A DNA stretch of 64,000 nt from Tubiluchus corallicola. Taxonomy: Eukaryota; Animalia; Priapulida. Both the position numbers and the translations under genes were made by a program. Numbering within the stretch: the first letter of the stretch is position 1; every line of letters starts with the position of its first letter. The notes beneath the pieces were generated by a model. The model was not told where the DNA came from. It did no database searches and was given only the letters and a program-made list of their open reading frames with translations. Of this stretch, positions 33,835-46,200 are shown piece after piece. The stretch spans positions 42,886 through 106,885 of the forward strand of contig JAQGDQ010000727.1 of assembly GCA_030141605.1 (NCBI GenBank), read 5' to 3'.

Positions 33835-34163
33835 TTTATCTATCTAAACAATTGCTTTTAATAAGATTACAAAATTAATGTTTTTTAATTGAAAAAGCAA
33901 TAGAACGAGCAGAGTAGCAAGTTACATTTTCTTATTTAGATATAGCAATAGTTTCTTCCTGCAATTGTCTTTTTCTTATTAAACTGTTCCGCACTTAATG
34001 TTCTTGAATTTATATGAAAGAAAACATACTCTAATTATGGTAAGTATTATCAAAGAGATGCCCCTTATGATAAGTGCATTTAAAAGCATTGTCATAAAAA
34101 ATTTACTGCTAAAAGTATTGCAAAAACAGTAAATATAATAGCCTTTTTTATCACATTTTTTAT

Positions 34164-34867
34164 TTAAAATATTTTATATTTCAATATGCAGTAAATAGCC
34201 CTCATTCCATCTTTCCATCCTATTTTTTTATCCTCCTTGTAAGTGCGACCATAATAAGAAATACCTACTTCGTAGATTCTAATTTTAGGTATTTTTGAAA
34301 TCTTTATTGTTACTTCAGGTTCAAATCCAAATTTCTTTTCTTTCAAATTTATCTTTTGAATAATACTTGTTCTAAAAAGTTTGTAACAAGTTTCCATATC
34401 CGTTAGGTTCAAGTTAGTCATAGCATTCGACAGAAATGTAAGAAACCTATTACCTATGGTATGCCAAAAGAATAAAACTCTGTGAGGATTATTTCCCATA
34501 AACCACATCTGCAAAGCCTTCTATAACAGGCTTTAACAAATCATTATATTCTCTGGGGTCGTACTCAAGGTCAGCATCTTGAATAATTAAATACTCCCCC
34601 GTAGCCTTTTTTATTCCTGTATGCAAGGCAGCTCCTTTGCCTTTGTTTTTATCGTGCTTAAAAGTATTGTATATTTAAATCTTTATTTACTTTTTGATAT
34701 TGTAAAATAGCCTCCTCTGTGTTGTCAAAAGAACAATCATTCACAATAATTACTTCTTTTTTAATATCCTCTACCAAGGAGACATTTTTTACTTTGTCCA
34801 AAATCAAATGAATAGTTGCCTCTTCATTGTAAGCAGGAACAATAATAGAAAGTTTGTTTATTTTCAT
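34164..34867 (-). pseudogene. glycosyltransferase family 2 (Dol-P-mannose synthase-like), two frameshifts
   Basis: Three frames join into one GT2: KLSIIVPAYNE...IIVND..NIQYF | [12 protein letters not shown]...[11 protein letters not shown]...DVVYG | [14 protein letters not shown]...DMETCYK...FGFEPE. Shifts near 34660 and 34500. Confidence 0.88.
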
Positions 34868-34919
34868 TAATTTACTACATATAAAAAATGCAAAGTATTT
34901 TTCATAATTTCCACAAACC

Positions 34920-37004
34920 TCAATCAAAAAACATCCAAGAAACTCCAAATTTAAACCTCTTTTGCTGCAAAGGATAATGAGGTGAAGCAAAAAAATCTCT
35001 TGATAAAAAATCATCAAACATCATATGCTCATACAAGAAAAATATTTTCGCTCTTTCTAGCATAAAATTAAGATAAGCACTAAAAATAGGATAGTTTCCA
35101 TATTTGCTATCTTGCTGTAAATGAAATACCCCTAATGCAGGATTATACTTTTGTGCATAAAACTCTGTATTATAATAAACCTCTACACCTAATTGAAAAG
35201 GGAAAGCCTTGTTAAATAAAATATTCTTATAGTACACCGTTCCATAGTATGATAATTCTGGGAGAGGTAGCACACTAGGAGAGTTCGTATATTGATACAC
35301 AGCCTTATTGTCAAAACAGAGGTTTCTAAACTGAAATAATTTTCTCAATGAAAATGCAAATACATTAATAGTAGAATTATCTTGAGTGGGCAGAGATTCT
35401 AAGTCATAATACATATAATTATTAATTGTAGCAGCATCAATACCCAGCCTCAAATTTCGCTTAGGCTTATTGAAAGCAAAAGAAAATCGGGTTTCCTGTT
35501 GGTGTTTAAAATTATTCTCCCATTTGAAATAAGTAGAAAAATAATTTTGATAATAATAGTCAGGAATTTCGCTTGAATAAGACACCTTAGCTGTTACAAA
35601 AGAAGTGTCTTGTTGTCCAAAAATACTATAATCACCCTGTACCTCAAAATCAATATTATTCTTTTTGTAACCTGCTAAACAATATTTTCCATAAATCGTC
35701 AAGCCCATTCGTGAATCAAAGTTTGTATTAGCCCAAAATCCTATTGAAAAATTATCTTGCATAGAATTAATATAGGCAGTATCTATATGAGGAACAGTAC
35801 TTACCAAAACGTTTATAGTATCTGGAGGAACTTGCGTTTCATCCAAAACATAAGAAGTATCTTGTTTTGTAGTCCAAACAGGATTAAGATGCGAATATTC
35901 CTGCAATTGATAGGACATAAAAAATTTGCTAGCAAACTTTAATTTTTGCACCCTACTTTTTAAAAGCTCTATAAACAAAATATTCTCTACATCTTTATAG
36001 TTAATAGAATCAAGTACTTTATCTTGATTAGGTCTATATAAATTCTTATATATTCCATCAGGGTTATTCTGCTCGTCAAACAAATAAGTAGTAGGTGCAT
36101 TATCTTCCGCATAATTTTTGCTATATCTCCCATACGTTAAAGTATGTCCTATGTAAACAAAATATTCCCTATTAAACAAGTTATTCGTATAAGTTGTATC
36201 TTCAGTTATTAGTTCTCCTTTGTCCACAGCTATTTTTTGGTTGAGCACTATATTTTGAGTTTCAAAACTAGTTTCTACACTAGTATTAAACTTCATAGGA
36301 ACATTCAATGGTTTCGTGAAATCACCTGCTCCCGTATTCATTGTTGGATTTCTTATATTATCTTCATCCATCACACCTGCATTTTCTCGTTGCTCTGCCT
36401 TTGACCATCCCAAATACAAATGTCCTTCATATCTCCTTTTCAAATAAGAAGTAGACATATCAAAAGTTCTATTTTTAGTTTTCTGGTTCTGATATTGTCC
36501 AATAGCAGTCCAAAGGTCATAATTAAATGTAACATTCCAGAACGGATTAATATTTTGAGAATGAACTATTTCAACCTTATTTTCTTGATTCTTTCTATCT
36601 CCTGCTTGCACATAGTATAAATTAGTGTAAGGAGTAGTTGTATTATAATATAATTGGTCATTAGGCGAACTCCAATATATTTCCCAAGGATGAAAGAAAA
36701 TAAACTCCGAATTATACTCCCTATCAAAATAGATATTAGAAAGACTTGCTGAACCCAGATTCCCAAGATAGTTATTAGAAATACTCTTCTGGTACAAAGG
36801 GTTATAGTTATGAGCATTCAAAAACGAAGTATCTAAATCGACGGGAACAATACGTAAAAAGTCATCTTCTAGCTTCCAAGTATGACGTTGATGGGCCATA
36901 GTTGTATCTACCTCTCCCCCCCTTGTATCCCACTTTTTCTCCTGTGATAAGGCCTGAAATATAACTACAAAACATAAAAATACTATAAAAATCGTTCTCT
37001 TCAT
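34920..37004 (-). CDS. putative porin (Bacteroidota outer-membrane beta-barrel)
   Basis: Signal peptide, YLGNLGS, YYNTTTPYT, GQYQNQ, YNPALGVF and C-terminal FGVSWMFFD. Confidence 0.85.
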   Translation of the reverse strand: MKRTIFIVFLCFVVIFQALSQEKKWDTRGGEVDTTMAHQRHTWKLEDDFLRIVPVDLDTSFLNAHNYNPLYQKSISNNYLGNLGSASLSNIYFDREYNSEFIFFHPWEIYWSSPNDQLYYNTTTPYTNLYYVQAGDRKNQENKVEIVHSQNINPFWNVTFNYDLWTAIGQYQNQKTKNRTFDMSTSYLKRRYEGHLYLGWSKAEQRENAGVMDEDNIRNPTMNTGAGDFTKPLNVPMKFNTSVETSFETQNIVLNQKIAVDKGELITEDTTYTNNLFNREYFVYIGHTLTYGRYSKNYAEDNAPTTYLFDEQNNPDGIYKNLYRPNQDKVLDSINYKDVENILFIELLKSRVQKLKFASKFFMSYQLQEYSHLNPVWTTKQDTSYVLDETQVPPDTINVLVSTVPHIDTAYINSMQDNFSIGFWANTNFDSRMGLTIYGKYCLAGYKKNNIDFEVQGDYSIFGQQDTSFVTAKVSYSSEIPDYYYQNYFSTYFKWENNFKHQQETRFSFAFNKPKRNLRLGIDAATINNYMYYDLESLPTQDNSTINVFAFSLRKLFQFRNLCFDNKAVYQYTNSPSVLPLPELSYYGTVYYKNILFNKAFPFQLGVEVYYNTEFYAQKYNPALGVFHLQQDSKYGNYPIFSAYLNFMLERAKIFFLYEHMMFDDFLSRDFFASPHYPLQQKRFKFGVSWMFFD

Positions 37005-37136
37005 TAAAGACAAAATTATAAAAATAAAAGACACAACAAATGGCAATTGTTAATAGAAAATGTAAAAGCAGAAAATAAACTTTATACAAAAAATATCACT
37101 TGTCGCTCTCAACTCTCAGTTTTTAACTCTTTTTAT

Positions 37137-37144
37137 TACCTTTG
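37137..37144 (+). promoter_or_regulatory. Bacteroidota -7 promoter element upstream of pheT
   Basis: TACCTTTG 25 nt before the pheT ATG. Confidence 0.55.
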
Positions 37145-37169
37145 TATTTAAAAACAGGCATATTTTGCA

Positions 37170-39623
37170 ATGAAGATATCACATAATTGGCTGAAGGAGT
37201 ACTTAAGCACGAATATTGAAATAGATAGGCTTACCACTGTATTAACAGATATAGGTCTAGAAGTAGGAAACATAGAACAATACGAAGCTATCAAAGGAAG
37301 CTTGGAAGGTTTGGTAGTAGGATTGGTAAAGACCAAAGAAAAGCATCCTAATGCAGACAAATTAAGTGTTACTACTGTAGATATTGGTGCTAATGAAGAT
37401 TTACAAATAGTGTGTGGAGCATCTAATGTAGCTGCTGGTCAAAAGGTAGTAGTGGCTACCGTAGGCACAATACTGTACGATGGGAATGAGTCTTTTAAAA
37501 TAAAAAAGTCAAAAATACGTGGCGAATTATCGCAAGGAATGATATGCAGTGAAAAAGAAATAGGTGTAGGCACAAATGATTCGGGTATAATGGTATTGCC
37601 TCCAGATGTAAAGATAGGAACATTGGCAAAAGATTATTTCGATGTGGAGAGGGATGTGGTAATAGAAATAGACCTAACACCCAATCGCATAGATGCTGCC
37701 TCTCACGTGGGTGTAGCCCGCGATGTAGCTGCCTACTTGAAACAGACAGAAATGGTTGGATATACATTGCCTTCTGTGGAGAGTTTTAAAGTGAACAATA
37801 CAGACAATCCTATACAAGTAACAGTAAAAGATTCGCAACTTTGCCCACGATATGCAGGAGTAACTATCTTTAATGTAAAGGTGAAACCTTCGCCTACGTG
37901 GCTGAAAAATAGACTAAAAGCCATTGGGCTAAGTCCTATCAACAATATAGTAGATGCTACTAATTATGTTCTTCACGAATTAGGACAACCGCTTCACGCT
38001 TTTGATGCTGACAAGATAGAAGGCGGGGAAATAATAGTAAAAACACTGCCAAAAGATAGTCTTTTTATTACTTTGGATGGAGAAGAAAGGAAACTACACA
38101 CTGATGACCTAATGATATGTAATTCCAAAGAGCCAATGTGTATTGCAGGAGTGTTAGGGGGCATTAAATCTGGAGTAACAAATATTACACAAAACATTTT
38201 CTTAGAAAGTGCTTATTTCAATTCTGTATCCGTAAGAAAAACAGCTAAACGACACGGGTTAAATACTGACGCTTCGTATCGCTTTGAGAGAGGTGTAGAC
38301 CCCAACATCACATTGTATGCCCTTAAAAGAGCCGCATTGCTTATACAGAAAATAGCAGGCGGTGAAATATCCTCAGAAATAATAGATATGTATCCTCAGC
38401 CTATTCCACATTTTGAAGTAGTGCTTCGTTATGACACTGTAAATAGACTATTGGGCAACACTATAAAGAAGGAAACAATCAAAAATATACTTGTGGCTCT
38501 TGAAATAGGAATTATTCAAGAAACTGATGAAAAGCTACAACTTAGTATACCTCCTTACAGAGTAGATGTACAAAGAGAAGTGGACGTAATAGAGGAAATA
38601 CTACGGATATATGGTTACAACAATATAAAATATACTACTTTTTTAAAATCTACTTTACAGTATAGTGCTGCTATTGATGATAATCAACTGAAAAACAATG
38701 TAGGAAATATGCTTGCAAGCAGGGGTTTTAATGAGATAATGACTAACTCACTAACTACAAAAAATTACTATGACAATAAAAAACTCTTCCCAGAGGAAGG
38801 ATTTGTAAATATTCTCAATCCATTAAGTTTAGAATTAAATATTTTAAGGCAGACATTATTGTTCAATGGGTTGGAAGCTATTACTTATAACATCAAACAC
38901 CAAAATACAAACTTAAAACTATATGAGTTTGGAAAAACTTATCATCTTAGAAAAATAGATAGCAGTAACTCCGTTAGAAACTATACGGAACAACAGTATT
39001 TAAGTTTACTACTTACAGGAACAAACATTTCTAAACATTGGCAAGCAAGTAAACAACAACAAGACCCCTTTTTTGATATTAAAGTCAGATTCGAAAGTCT
39101 GTTTAACTATCTCAATGTGAATGTTGAAGAAATTGATAAAAAAGTATTTTCTAATGACATATTTAGTATAGCACTCAATTACACCACTAAAGACAGTGTA
39201 ACCATTGCAGAAATAGGTTATGTGCAAAATACTATTCTTGAAAAATTTGATATTAAAACAGAAGTGTCTTGGGCTAATATTTATTGGGATAGATTATTAG
39301 AAAATATCAACCCTAATGGAGTCAAGTATAAACCTATTTCCAAATATCCGGAGGTGACTCGAGATCTTGCTCTGCTCATAGATAAGCATATTACTTTTGC
39401 AGAAGTGGAGAAAATAGCCTATGAAACAGAGAAAAAATTGTTGAAAAAAGTAACTCTATTCGATGTGTACGAAGGGAACAAAATAGAAGAGGGGAAGAAG
39501 TCATACGCGATTAATTTTGTTTTACAAGATGTAAATAAAACCCTAACGGAAAAGCAGATTAATAAAGTGATGGAGCAGTTTATTGCTAATTATAAAAAAC
39601 AACTTAATGCAGAAATAAGATAA
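37170..39623 (+). CDS. pheT: phenylalanine--tRNA ligase beta subunit
   Basis: MKISHNWLKEY, HPNADKL, IVCGA, DLTPNR, RFERGVD, EEILRIYGY and RDLALL. Confidence 0.99.
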   Translation: MKISHNWLKEYLSTNIEIDRLTTVLTDIGLEVGNIEQYEAIKGSLEGLVVGLVKTKEKHPNADKLSVTTVDIGANEDLQIVCGASNVAAGQKVVVATVGTILYDGNESFKIKKSKIRGELSQGMICSEKEIGVGTNDSGIMVLPPDVKIGTLAKDYFDVERDVVIEIDLTPNRIDAASHVGVARDVAAYLKQTEMVGYTLPSVESFKVNNTDNPIQVTVKDSQLCPRYAGVTIFNVKVKPSPTWLKNRLKAIGLSPINNIVDATNYVLHELGQPLHAFDADKIEGGEIIVKTLPKDSLFITLDGEERKLHTDDLMICNSKEPMCIAGVLGGIKSGVTNITQNIFLESAYFNSVSVRKTAKRHGLNTDASYRFERGVDPNITLYALKRAALLIQKIAGGEISSEIIDMYPQPIPHFEVVLRYDTVNRLLGNTIKKETIKNILVALEIGIIQETDEKLQLSIPPYRVDVQREVDVIEEILRIYGYNNIKYTTFLKSTLQYSAAIDDNQLKNNVGNMLASRGFNEIMTNSLTTKNYYDNKKLFPEEGFVNILNPLSLELNILRQTLLFNGLEAITYNIKHQNTNLKLYEFGKTYHLRKIDSSNSVRNYTEQQYLSLLLTGTNISKHWQASKQQQDPFFDIKVRFESLFNYLNVNVEEIDKKVFSNDIFSIALNYTTKDSVTIAEIGYVQNTILEKFDIKTEVSWANIYWDRLLENINPNGVKYKPISKYPEVTRDLALLIDKHITFAEVEKIAYETEKKLLKKVTLFDVYEGNKIEEGKKSYAINFVLQDVNKTLTEKQINKVMEQFIANYKKQLNAEIR

Positions 39624-39895
39624 TGAATAGAGAAAATAAACCTATTTGGATAGATGTAAGAAATACTAAAGAATACAAAAAACACCATTTAGAAGGTGCT
39701 ATTAACATTCCTTGTGAAGAGATAAAGGATAGGATAAAGGACTTGACTGCTAATTTCGACCAAGAATTATGGGTCTATTGTAAATCAGGGTTACGCTCAA
39801 AATCAGCTTGTCGAACATTACGAAAAATGGGCTTTACCAATGTTGTTAATAAAGGAACTTTAAAAGAACTGCTTTCGCAAAAAGAGATTATTTAA
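39623..39895 (+). CDS. rhodanese-like (PspE-like) protein
   Basis: WIDVR, HLEGAINIP and YCKSGLRS motifs. Confidence 0.9.
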   Translation: MNRENKPIWIDVRNTKEYKKHHLEGAINIPCEEIKDRIKDLTANFDQELWVYCKSGLRSKSACRTLRKMGFTNVVNKGTLKELLSQKEII

Positions 39896-40128
39896 GAACA
39901 AAAAGGCGAAAAATAAAAATTAGGGAAAATCAAAGCATCGCTTCTTGGTTCTTTGGGTAATTATACCCCAACATCATAAAGGGTTGAATTAAACAAACAA
40001 AATACCCATAAGCCTGCTTTGTCTTTTATTTTCTGAGATAGAGAGGCTATTCTTTCATTATTATTTTCTTTTCGTCATTTTTTTTATAGCTTTGTTTATA
40101 GCAGGTTCTATAAAAAAGAGGCAATCCT

Positions 40129-42894
40129 ATGATAAGAGTCTTTGAAAAAACATATTTTTATTTCTTTGTATTACTACTCTTTTTTTATTTCAATTCCTTT
40201 TCACAAATAAAAACTGTCGGTACTCCTTACGTAACATCTTTTACAAAAACAGACTACAAAGCAGGAAGACAAAACTGGGATATTGTTCAAGACAACGATG
40301 GTTTTATGTATTTTGCCAACAACAAAGGGGTGCTTGTGTATGATGGTGCTAATTGGAACTTATACCCTATTAAAAATAGTATTGTGCGTTCACTATGTGC
40401 TGGTAAGGATGGAGCAGTCTTTGTTGGAGCTGATAGTGAATTTGGAGTTTTGAAAAAAGATAGTTTGGGGAAAATACAGTACACCTCTTTCTCTAATCTG
40501 ATAGATTCATTGCCAAAAACAGTTAATATTTGGTCTATTGCCTGTGTTGATGACAAGGTGTTGTTTCGTTCTAAGTCTTTTTTGTTTGTATATAGTAACA
40601 ATACGTTGCAGCATTTTTATTTCTCTGATGGTATTACAGGTATTATTTCACATAGGAAGAACATATATTTGTTAGATGGACTTGGAAGTATATTTAAGTG
40701 CATAATTCAAGAAAAACATAATGAAGTAAAATTTGAGTATATATGTAATAACAGCTTGTTGCAACATTCAGAGATTAGAAAAATGATAGTTGTCAATGAT
40801 TATATCTTGATTGCTACTTTAAACAAAGGTTTATTTACCTTTAAAGACGGTAGTCTTAAACTGTCAAATATAAATTGCAATGACTTTTTGATACAAAATA
40901 GGATATTTAGTTGTGATGTGCTGAATGGCAGTTATTTATCTTTTGGGACTATCTTAAACGGATTAATAATTACAGACTTACAAGGTAATATCATTCATCA
41001 TTTCAACAATAAGAATGGGCTTTATAATAATACTGTTCTTTCGTTATTTTTTGATAGAGAGAACAACCTTTGGGTGGGTTTAGATGATGGCATTACATAT
41101 GTAGAAACAAATTCTTCTTTTTCTAAATATTTTGAAGGTGCAGCAGGCTATGTAGCAAAAGAGTTCAATGGAAAAATTTATTTAGGAACAAACCAAGGAC
41201 TTTTTGAAAAACCTATCGAAGACCACAGCGAGACGCTACTTGTAGAGGAGGTAAAGGCACAGGTATGGGATCTGCAAGTAATTGATAATAAACTCTTTTG
41301 CTCCGACAACGAAGGATTTTTAACAATAGATAAGGATAACAACAAAAAACGTATTTTCAATATTGCAGGTGGAGAAGGAATAACAAAATTAGATGATAAG
41401 TTATTGATAGCTAGCACCTACGAAGACCTTTTCCTCTTACAGAAAAAGAATGACATATGGGAAACAAAATGTAAGGTTAAAGGGTATAAAGAAGGAGGAA
41501 GAAATATAACAAGATTTGGAGATAAAATAATACTAAACACAGGAAGAGTAAAAATACTTGAAATGAATAATACTTTCGATAGTGTTGTAAATATAGAAAC
41601 TTGTGATAGTTTGACAAATATTTTTTACGGGTTTGGTACTGTTTTTTATGATGGTAGTAATTTTTTTAACTACCAGCAAGGCAAGTTAAAAAGAAACAAG
41701 TATTTAAGTAATATGTTTAATAAGCATACAGTAAATTACTTAACAGAACTACCCAGTGGAGATGTATGGTTTATAGAAAATGAGCAATTAGGCTTTATTT
41801 CGAGAAATGATATAGAAACAAAAAACTATGTAAAAGAAAATTTTGAACTGAAAGATGGTTTGATAGATAATTTTAAATATCTCTATGCACTAGATGATAA
41901 TAACATAATTGTAGGAACTGCATATGGTTTTTTACACTATGACGCAAAATATGAAAAGAAAAATAAAGTAAAATACAACACATTTATTAATAAAATAGAG
42001 GCTTTGAGCAATTCAAACTCTGTATTATTCTCAGGTCATTACTCTGATAGCAATTGGCAATTTCCTGTAAGAACAAGCTGTAACAATATCCGATTTTATT
42101 ACAGTACTCCTTTTTATGGTTATAAAAAGGAGGTGCAATATTACTCTAAGTTAGAGGGGGTTGATGATGAGTGGAAACACACTGAAAATACTTTTAAAGA
42201 GTACTTCAACCTATCCCCAAAAACTTACACTTTTAAAGTTAAGGCAATGGACATTTACAATTACGAGACAAGTGTAACGGAGATAAAGCTCGTTGTGCTA
42301 CCCTCTTGGTACAACAATTGGTTTTCTTATGCTTTATACGCACTATTTTTATGTCTTTCAATTTATTATCTATCTATTTGGACTTACAAAAGGAAACATA
42401 GGTTAGAGCTTAAAAAGAAAAAAATATTAGAACAAAAACTGACACTATTAAAAAATGAGCAACTGAAAACAGAAATCAACTACAAAACAAGGGAGTTGGC
42501 AAATTTTGCAAAAGGAATAGTTTTAAAAAACGAATTTTTAAATACAATAAAAAATGAAATTAAGAAAAATACTATAAATGCCAACCTTAATTTGAGAACT
42601 ATTGTCCGAAAAATAGAGAATAATATTAAAAATAAAAAAGAAGAGAAAGTCTTTGAAGAATGCTTTAACCAAGTTCACGAAGATTTTTTAAAAAAACTCA
42701 ATGAAAAACATCCTAATTTATCTCCCGCTGAAATAAGAATATGTACTTATTTAAGAATGAACCTCTCTAACAAAAAAATTTCTTCCCTTAGAAATATATC
42801 TACCAAAAGTGTAGAAGTTATTCGCAGTAGAATACGAAAAAAGATGAAATTGGAAAGCAGAGAAAATTTAGTAAAATATATTATGGACATATAA
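40129..42894 (+). CDS. membrane-anchored PUL regulator: periplasmic propeller + Y_Y_Y + TM + LuxR-type HTH
   Basis: QNWDIVQD..GFMYFANN, DRENNLWVG, Y.NL.P..YTFKVKA, a TM, then HPNLSPAEIRICTYLRMNLSNKKI...RSRIRKKM. Confidence 0.9.
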   Translation: MIRVFEKTYFYFFVLLLFFYFNSFSQIKTVGTPYVTSFTKTDYKAGRQNWDIVQDNDGFMYFANNKGVLVYDGANWNLYPIKNSIVRSLCAGKDGAVFVGADSEFGVLKKDSLGKIQYTSFSNLIDSLPKTVNIWSIACVDDKVLFRSKSFLFVYSNNTLQHFYFSDGITGIISHRKNIYLLDGLGSIFKCIIQEKHNEVKFEYICNNSLLQHSEIRKMIVVNDYILIATLNKGLFTFKDGSLKLSNINCNDFLIQNRIFSCDVLNGSYLSFGTILNGLIITDLQGNIIHHFNNKNGLYNNTVLSLFFDRENNLWVGLDDGITYVETNSSFSKYFEGAAGYVAKEFNGKIYLGTNQGLFEKPIEDHSETLLVEEVKAQVWDLQVIDNKLFCSDNEGFLTIDKDNNKKRIFNIAGGEGITKLDDKLLIASTYEDLFLLQKKNDIWETKCKVKGYKEGGRNITRFGDKIILNTGRVKILEMNNTFDSVVNIETCDSLTNIFYGFGTVFYDGSNFFNYQQGKLKRNKYLSNMFNKHTVNYLTELPSGDVWFIENEQLGFISRNDIETKNYVKENFELKDGLIDNFKYLYALDDNNIIVGTAYGFLHYDAKYEKKNKVKYNTFINKIEALSNSNSVLFSGHYSDSNWQFPVRTSCNNIRFYYSTPFYGYKKEVQYYSKLEGVDDEWKHTENTFKEYFNLSPKTYTFKVKAMDIYNYETSVTEIKLVVLPSWYNNWFSYALYALFLCLSIYYLSIWTYKRKHRLELKKKKILEQKLTLLKNEQLKTEINYKTRELANFAKGIVLKNEFLNTIKNEIKKNTINANLNLRTIVRKIENNIKNKKEEKVFEECFNQVHEDFLKKLNEKHPNLSPAEIRICTYLRMNLSNKKISSLRNISTKSVEVIRSRIRKKMKLESRENLVKYIMDI

Positions 42895-43266
42895 ATAATG
42901 GGAAATATAAATGAATTTTGCCTATAATATTTCTACTAAAAACGGATAGAGTTTCTAATAATATTTGTTGATTGAAGCAAATATATAATTACCATTTTAT
43001 AGCATAGCCCATTAATTTCCTCTTAAAAAAAGAGTTTATTTGATGATATAGTAGTTCTTTTAGGTAAAATCTAAATCTTATTTGTGTGATAATCTGTTCT
43101 TTATCATTCCTTTTGTTAAGTTTTTATTAAGGTAAGATTTTCATCTGTTAGGTTTTTGTTATGGTAGAATATTTGCATTAAACTACTCTCATCATATACA
43201 TTTACTCCTCAGAAAAACATATAAAATAGCTTATAGCTTAACTGAGTTTTAATTATCAAAAAATTT

Positions 43267-46200
43267 ATGTCAAAAATGATAAAAAAAGTAATTTTCTCTT
43301 TACTATTATTCGTAGCATTTTGCTCTTTTCTAAAAGCACAGGATTTTATAATAACAGGACAAATTTTTGACCAAGACAATGAGCCTTTACCCGGAGCCAC
43401 TGTTTTAATAAAAGGAAGTACCACAGGAACAGTAACTGATATAGATGGTAGATACACTATAAAAGCCTCAGATGATAATCAAATTCTTGTATTTTCTTTT
43501 GTAGGAATGGTAACACAAGAAATTCCTATTCGTGAACGCACTGAGATAAATGTTGTATTAGAATCTAGTGCAATAGGTTTAGATGAAGTCGTTGCCATTG
43601 GCTACGGAGTGCAAGAAAAAAGTCTTGTTACAGGCTCTATCTCAAAGATTAACGCAGAAGAAATTACTAGTACTCCTGCACTGAGGGTAGAGCAGTCTTT
43701 ACAAGGTAGAACATCAGGAGTGCAGGTGGTGCAAAACTCAGGTTCTCCAGGAGCTGGATTGACTGTCAGGATTAGAGGAGCAGGAACTACTGGCAATAGC
43801 GATCCTTTATGGGTGGTAGATGGAATGCCCACAGGAGGTATTGATTTTCTTAACCCAGGAGATATTGAATCTATGGAAATATTAAAAGATGCTGCCTCAT
43901 CAGCAATATACGGAGCTAGAGGGGCTAATGGTGTAGTAATTATTACAACAAAGCAAGGACGACAAATGGAGAGAGCGGAAATTAGTTTTGATAGTTATTA
44001 TGGAGTGCAATCAGCTTCTAATAAATTAGACTTACTGAATGCTGAACAATATGCTACAATTGTAAATGAAGCTCATATTAACGGGGGAGAATCTCCTATT
44101 TTTAATGTTCAAGATATTGTAAATGAGGTGGGAGCAGGAACAAATTGGCAAGACGAAGTTTTTATAAGTTCACCTATTCAAAGTCATCAACTGACTATCA
44201 GAGGAGGTGATGCCAAAAAAGTATATTCTTTAAGTGCTTCTTACTTTAAACAAGATGGAATAATTGGCGGGGATGGTAAGTCAGATTATGAAAGAGGAAC
44301 AGCAAGATTTAATTCAAAAAGGGAAATACTTAATTGGTTTTCTTTAACAAGTAACATTTCTTTTAGCCACTCTATTAAAAACACTTTAGATGAAAATAGT
44401 GAATTCCACTCTATTTTGAGTAGCGCCATAAATATGGACCCCATAACTCCAGTAAGAGATGAAAATGGAGATTATGGAAAAAGTAATTATGTGGGAAGTG
44501 AAATTGCGAATCCTGTAGCGAGGATAGATTACTCCAACAACACTTCTATACTAGATAAACTACTGGGAGGTGTTGTAGGTGATTTTCGCATAGCGGAAGG
44601 ACTTAATTTTACAACTAGTTTCAATATAGATTTAGCCTATCAGATTACTGATATTTTTACCCCCGTATATAATTTAAGCCCAGCATACAGAAACGATGTA
44701 AGTAATGTGAGTAAAGAATTTAATAAATGGGAAACATGGTTGTGGGAAAATGTTCTTACGTACGATACACAAATTGATGAACATGATTTTTTTATTTTGG
44801 GAGGTACGACTGCTCAAGCATCTCAATGGGAGAATTTATATGGATTTAGAGAAGGTGTACCCAATGACGATATACGTTTTGCATTCCTTAGTTCAACAAC
44901 TATTGCTAATTCAGACAGAGTATCTGGGAGTGCCTCGCACAACTCTCTGGCATCTTACTTTACAAGGTTAAACTATTCATTCAGCAAAAAGTATTTGTTC
45001 TCTTCTACTGTTAGAGTTGATGGTTCATCAAGATTTGGCGAAAATAACAAGTATGCAATATTTCCATCGTTTTCAGCAGGGTGGGTACTTTCTAAGGAAA
45101 ACTTTATGGAGAATGTTGATTTTTTGAGTTGGCTAAAACTTAGATTGAGTTGGGGACAAAACGGCAACCAAGAAATAGGCGATAATATGCATATTGCATT
45201 AATAGAGGGAGGCAATAATTATGTATGGGGTAGTGGAAATAATGAAAATATTTACAATGGTTCTTCTCCCGTAGCCCTTAGTAATCCTGATTTGAAGTGG
45301 GAAACAAGCGAGCAGTTTGATATTGGCATAGATGTGCGATTTTTAAATAATAAAGTGGAAATAAATGCTGATTATTATAAAAAGAAAACGAAGGATCTGC
45401 TGGTGCAGATACCTACTCCTGATTATTTAGGTATAGGCTGGGCTACTGGTAATGCAGGAGATGTGGAGAATAAAGGCTTTGAATTTGACTTTACTTATAG
45501 AGATAAGGCGGGAAAACTTTCTTATAGTATTGGGGGCAATATTTCTACTTACAGAAATAAGGTTACATACTTGGGAACGGATAATGGCATTTTAGATGGA
45601 GCCACTTGGGGACCAGGAGGAACACATCTAATATCTAGAGCGGAAGTAGGATATCCTATTGGATATTTTTATGGTTATGTTACTGATGGTATTTTTCAAA
45701 ATCAAGCAGAAATAAATGCCCACGCAAATGAAAATGGTGAGCTTTTACAACCTAATGCTCAACCTGGAGATATTCGGTTTCAAGATATTAATAACGATGG
45801 GGTGATAGACGATAACGATAGAACAATGATAGGCAATCCTCATCCTGATTTTTTATACGGAATTAACATTTCCTTAGATTATGAAAATTTTGATTTAAGT
45901 ATCTTTATACAAGGCTCTCAAGGGAATGACATTTACAATGCGACCGAAAGGGTAGACTTAACAAATGTGAACAAGACAACTAATTCACTTAATAGATGGA
46001 CTGGTGAAGGTACAAGTAATAGCGAACCTAGGGTAACAACAAAAGATAATAATAATAATGCAAGAGTTTCTGACCGATTTGTTGAGGATGGTTCATACTT
46101 AAGATTGAAAAACATTCAATTGGGTTATTCTTTGCCCAAAAGTATAACAGAGAGAATAAATGTTAAAAAACTACGAATATATATATCTGCTCAAAATTTA

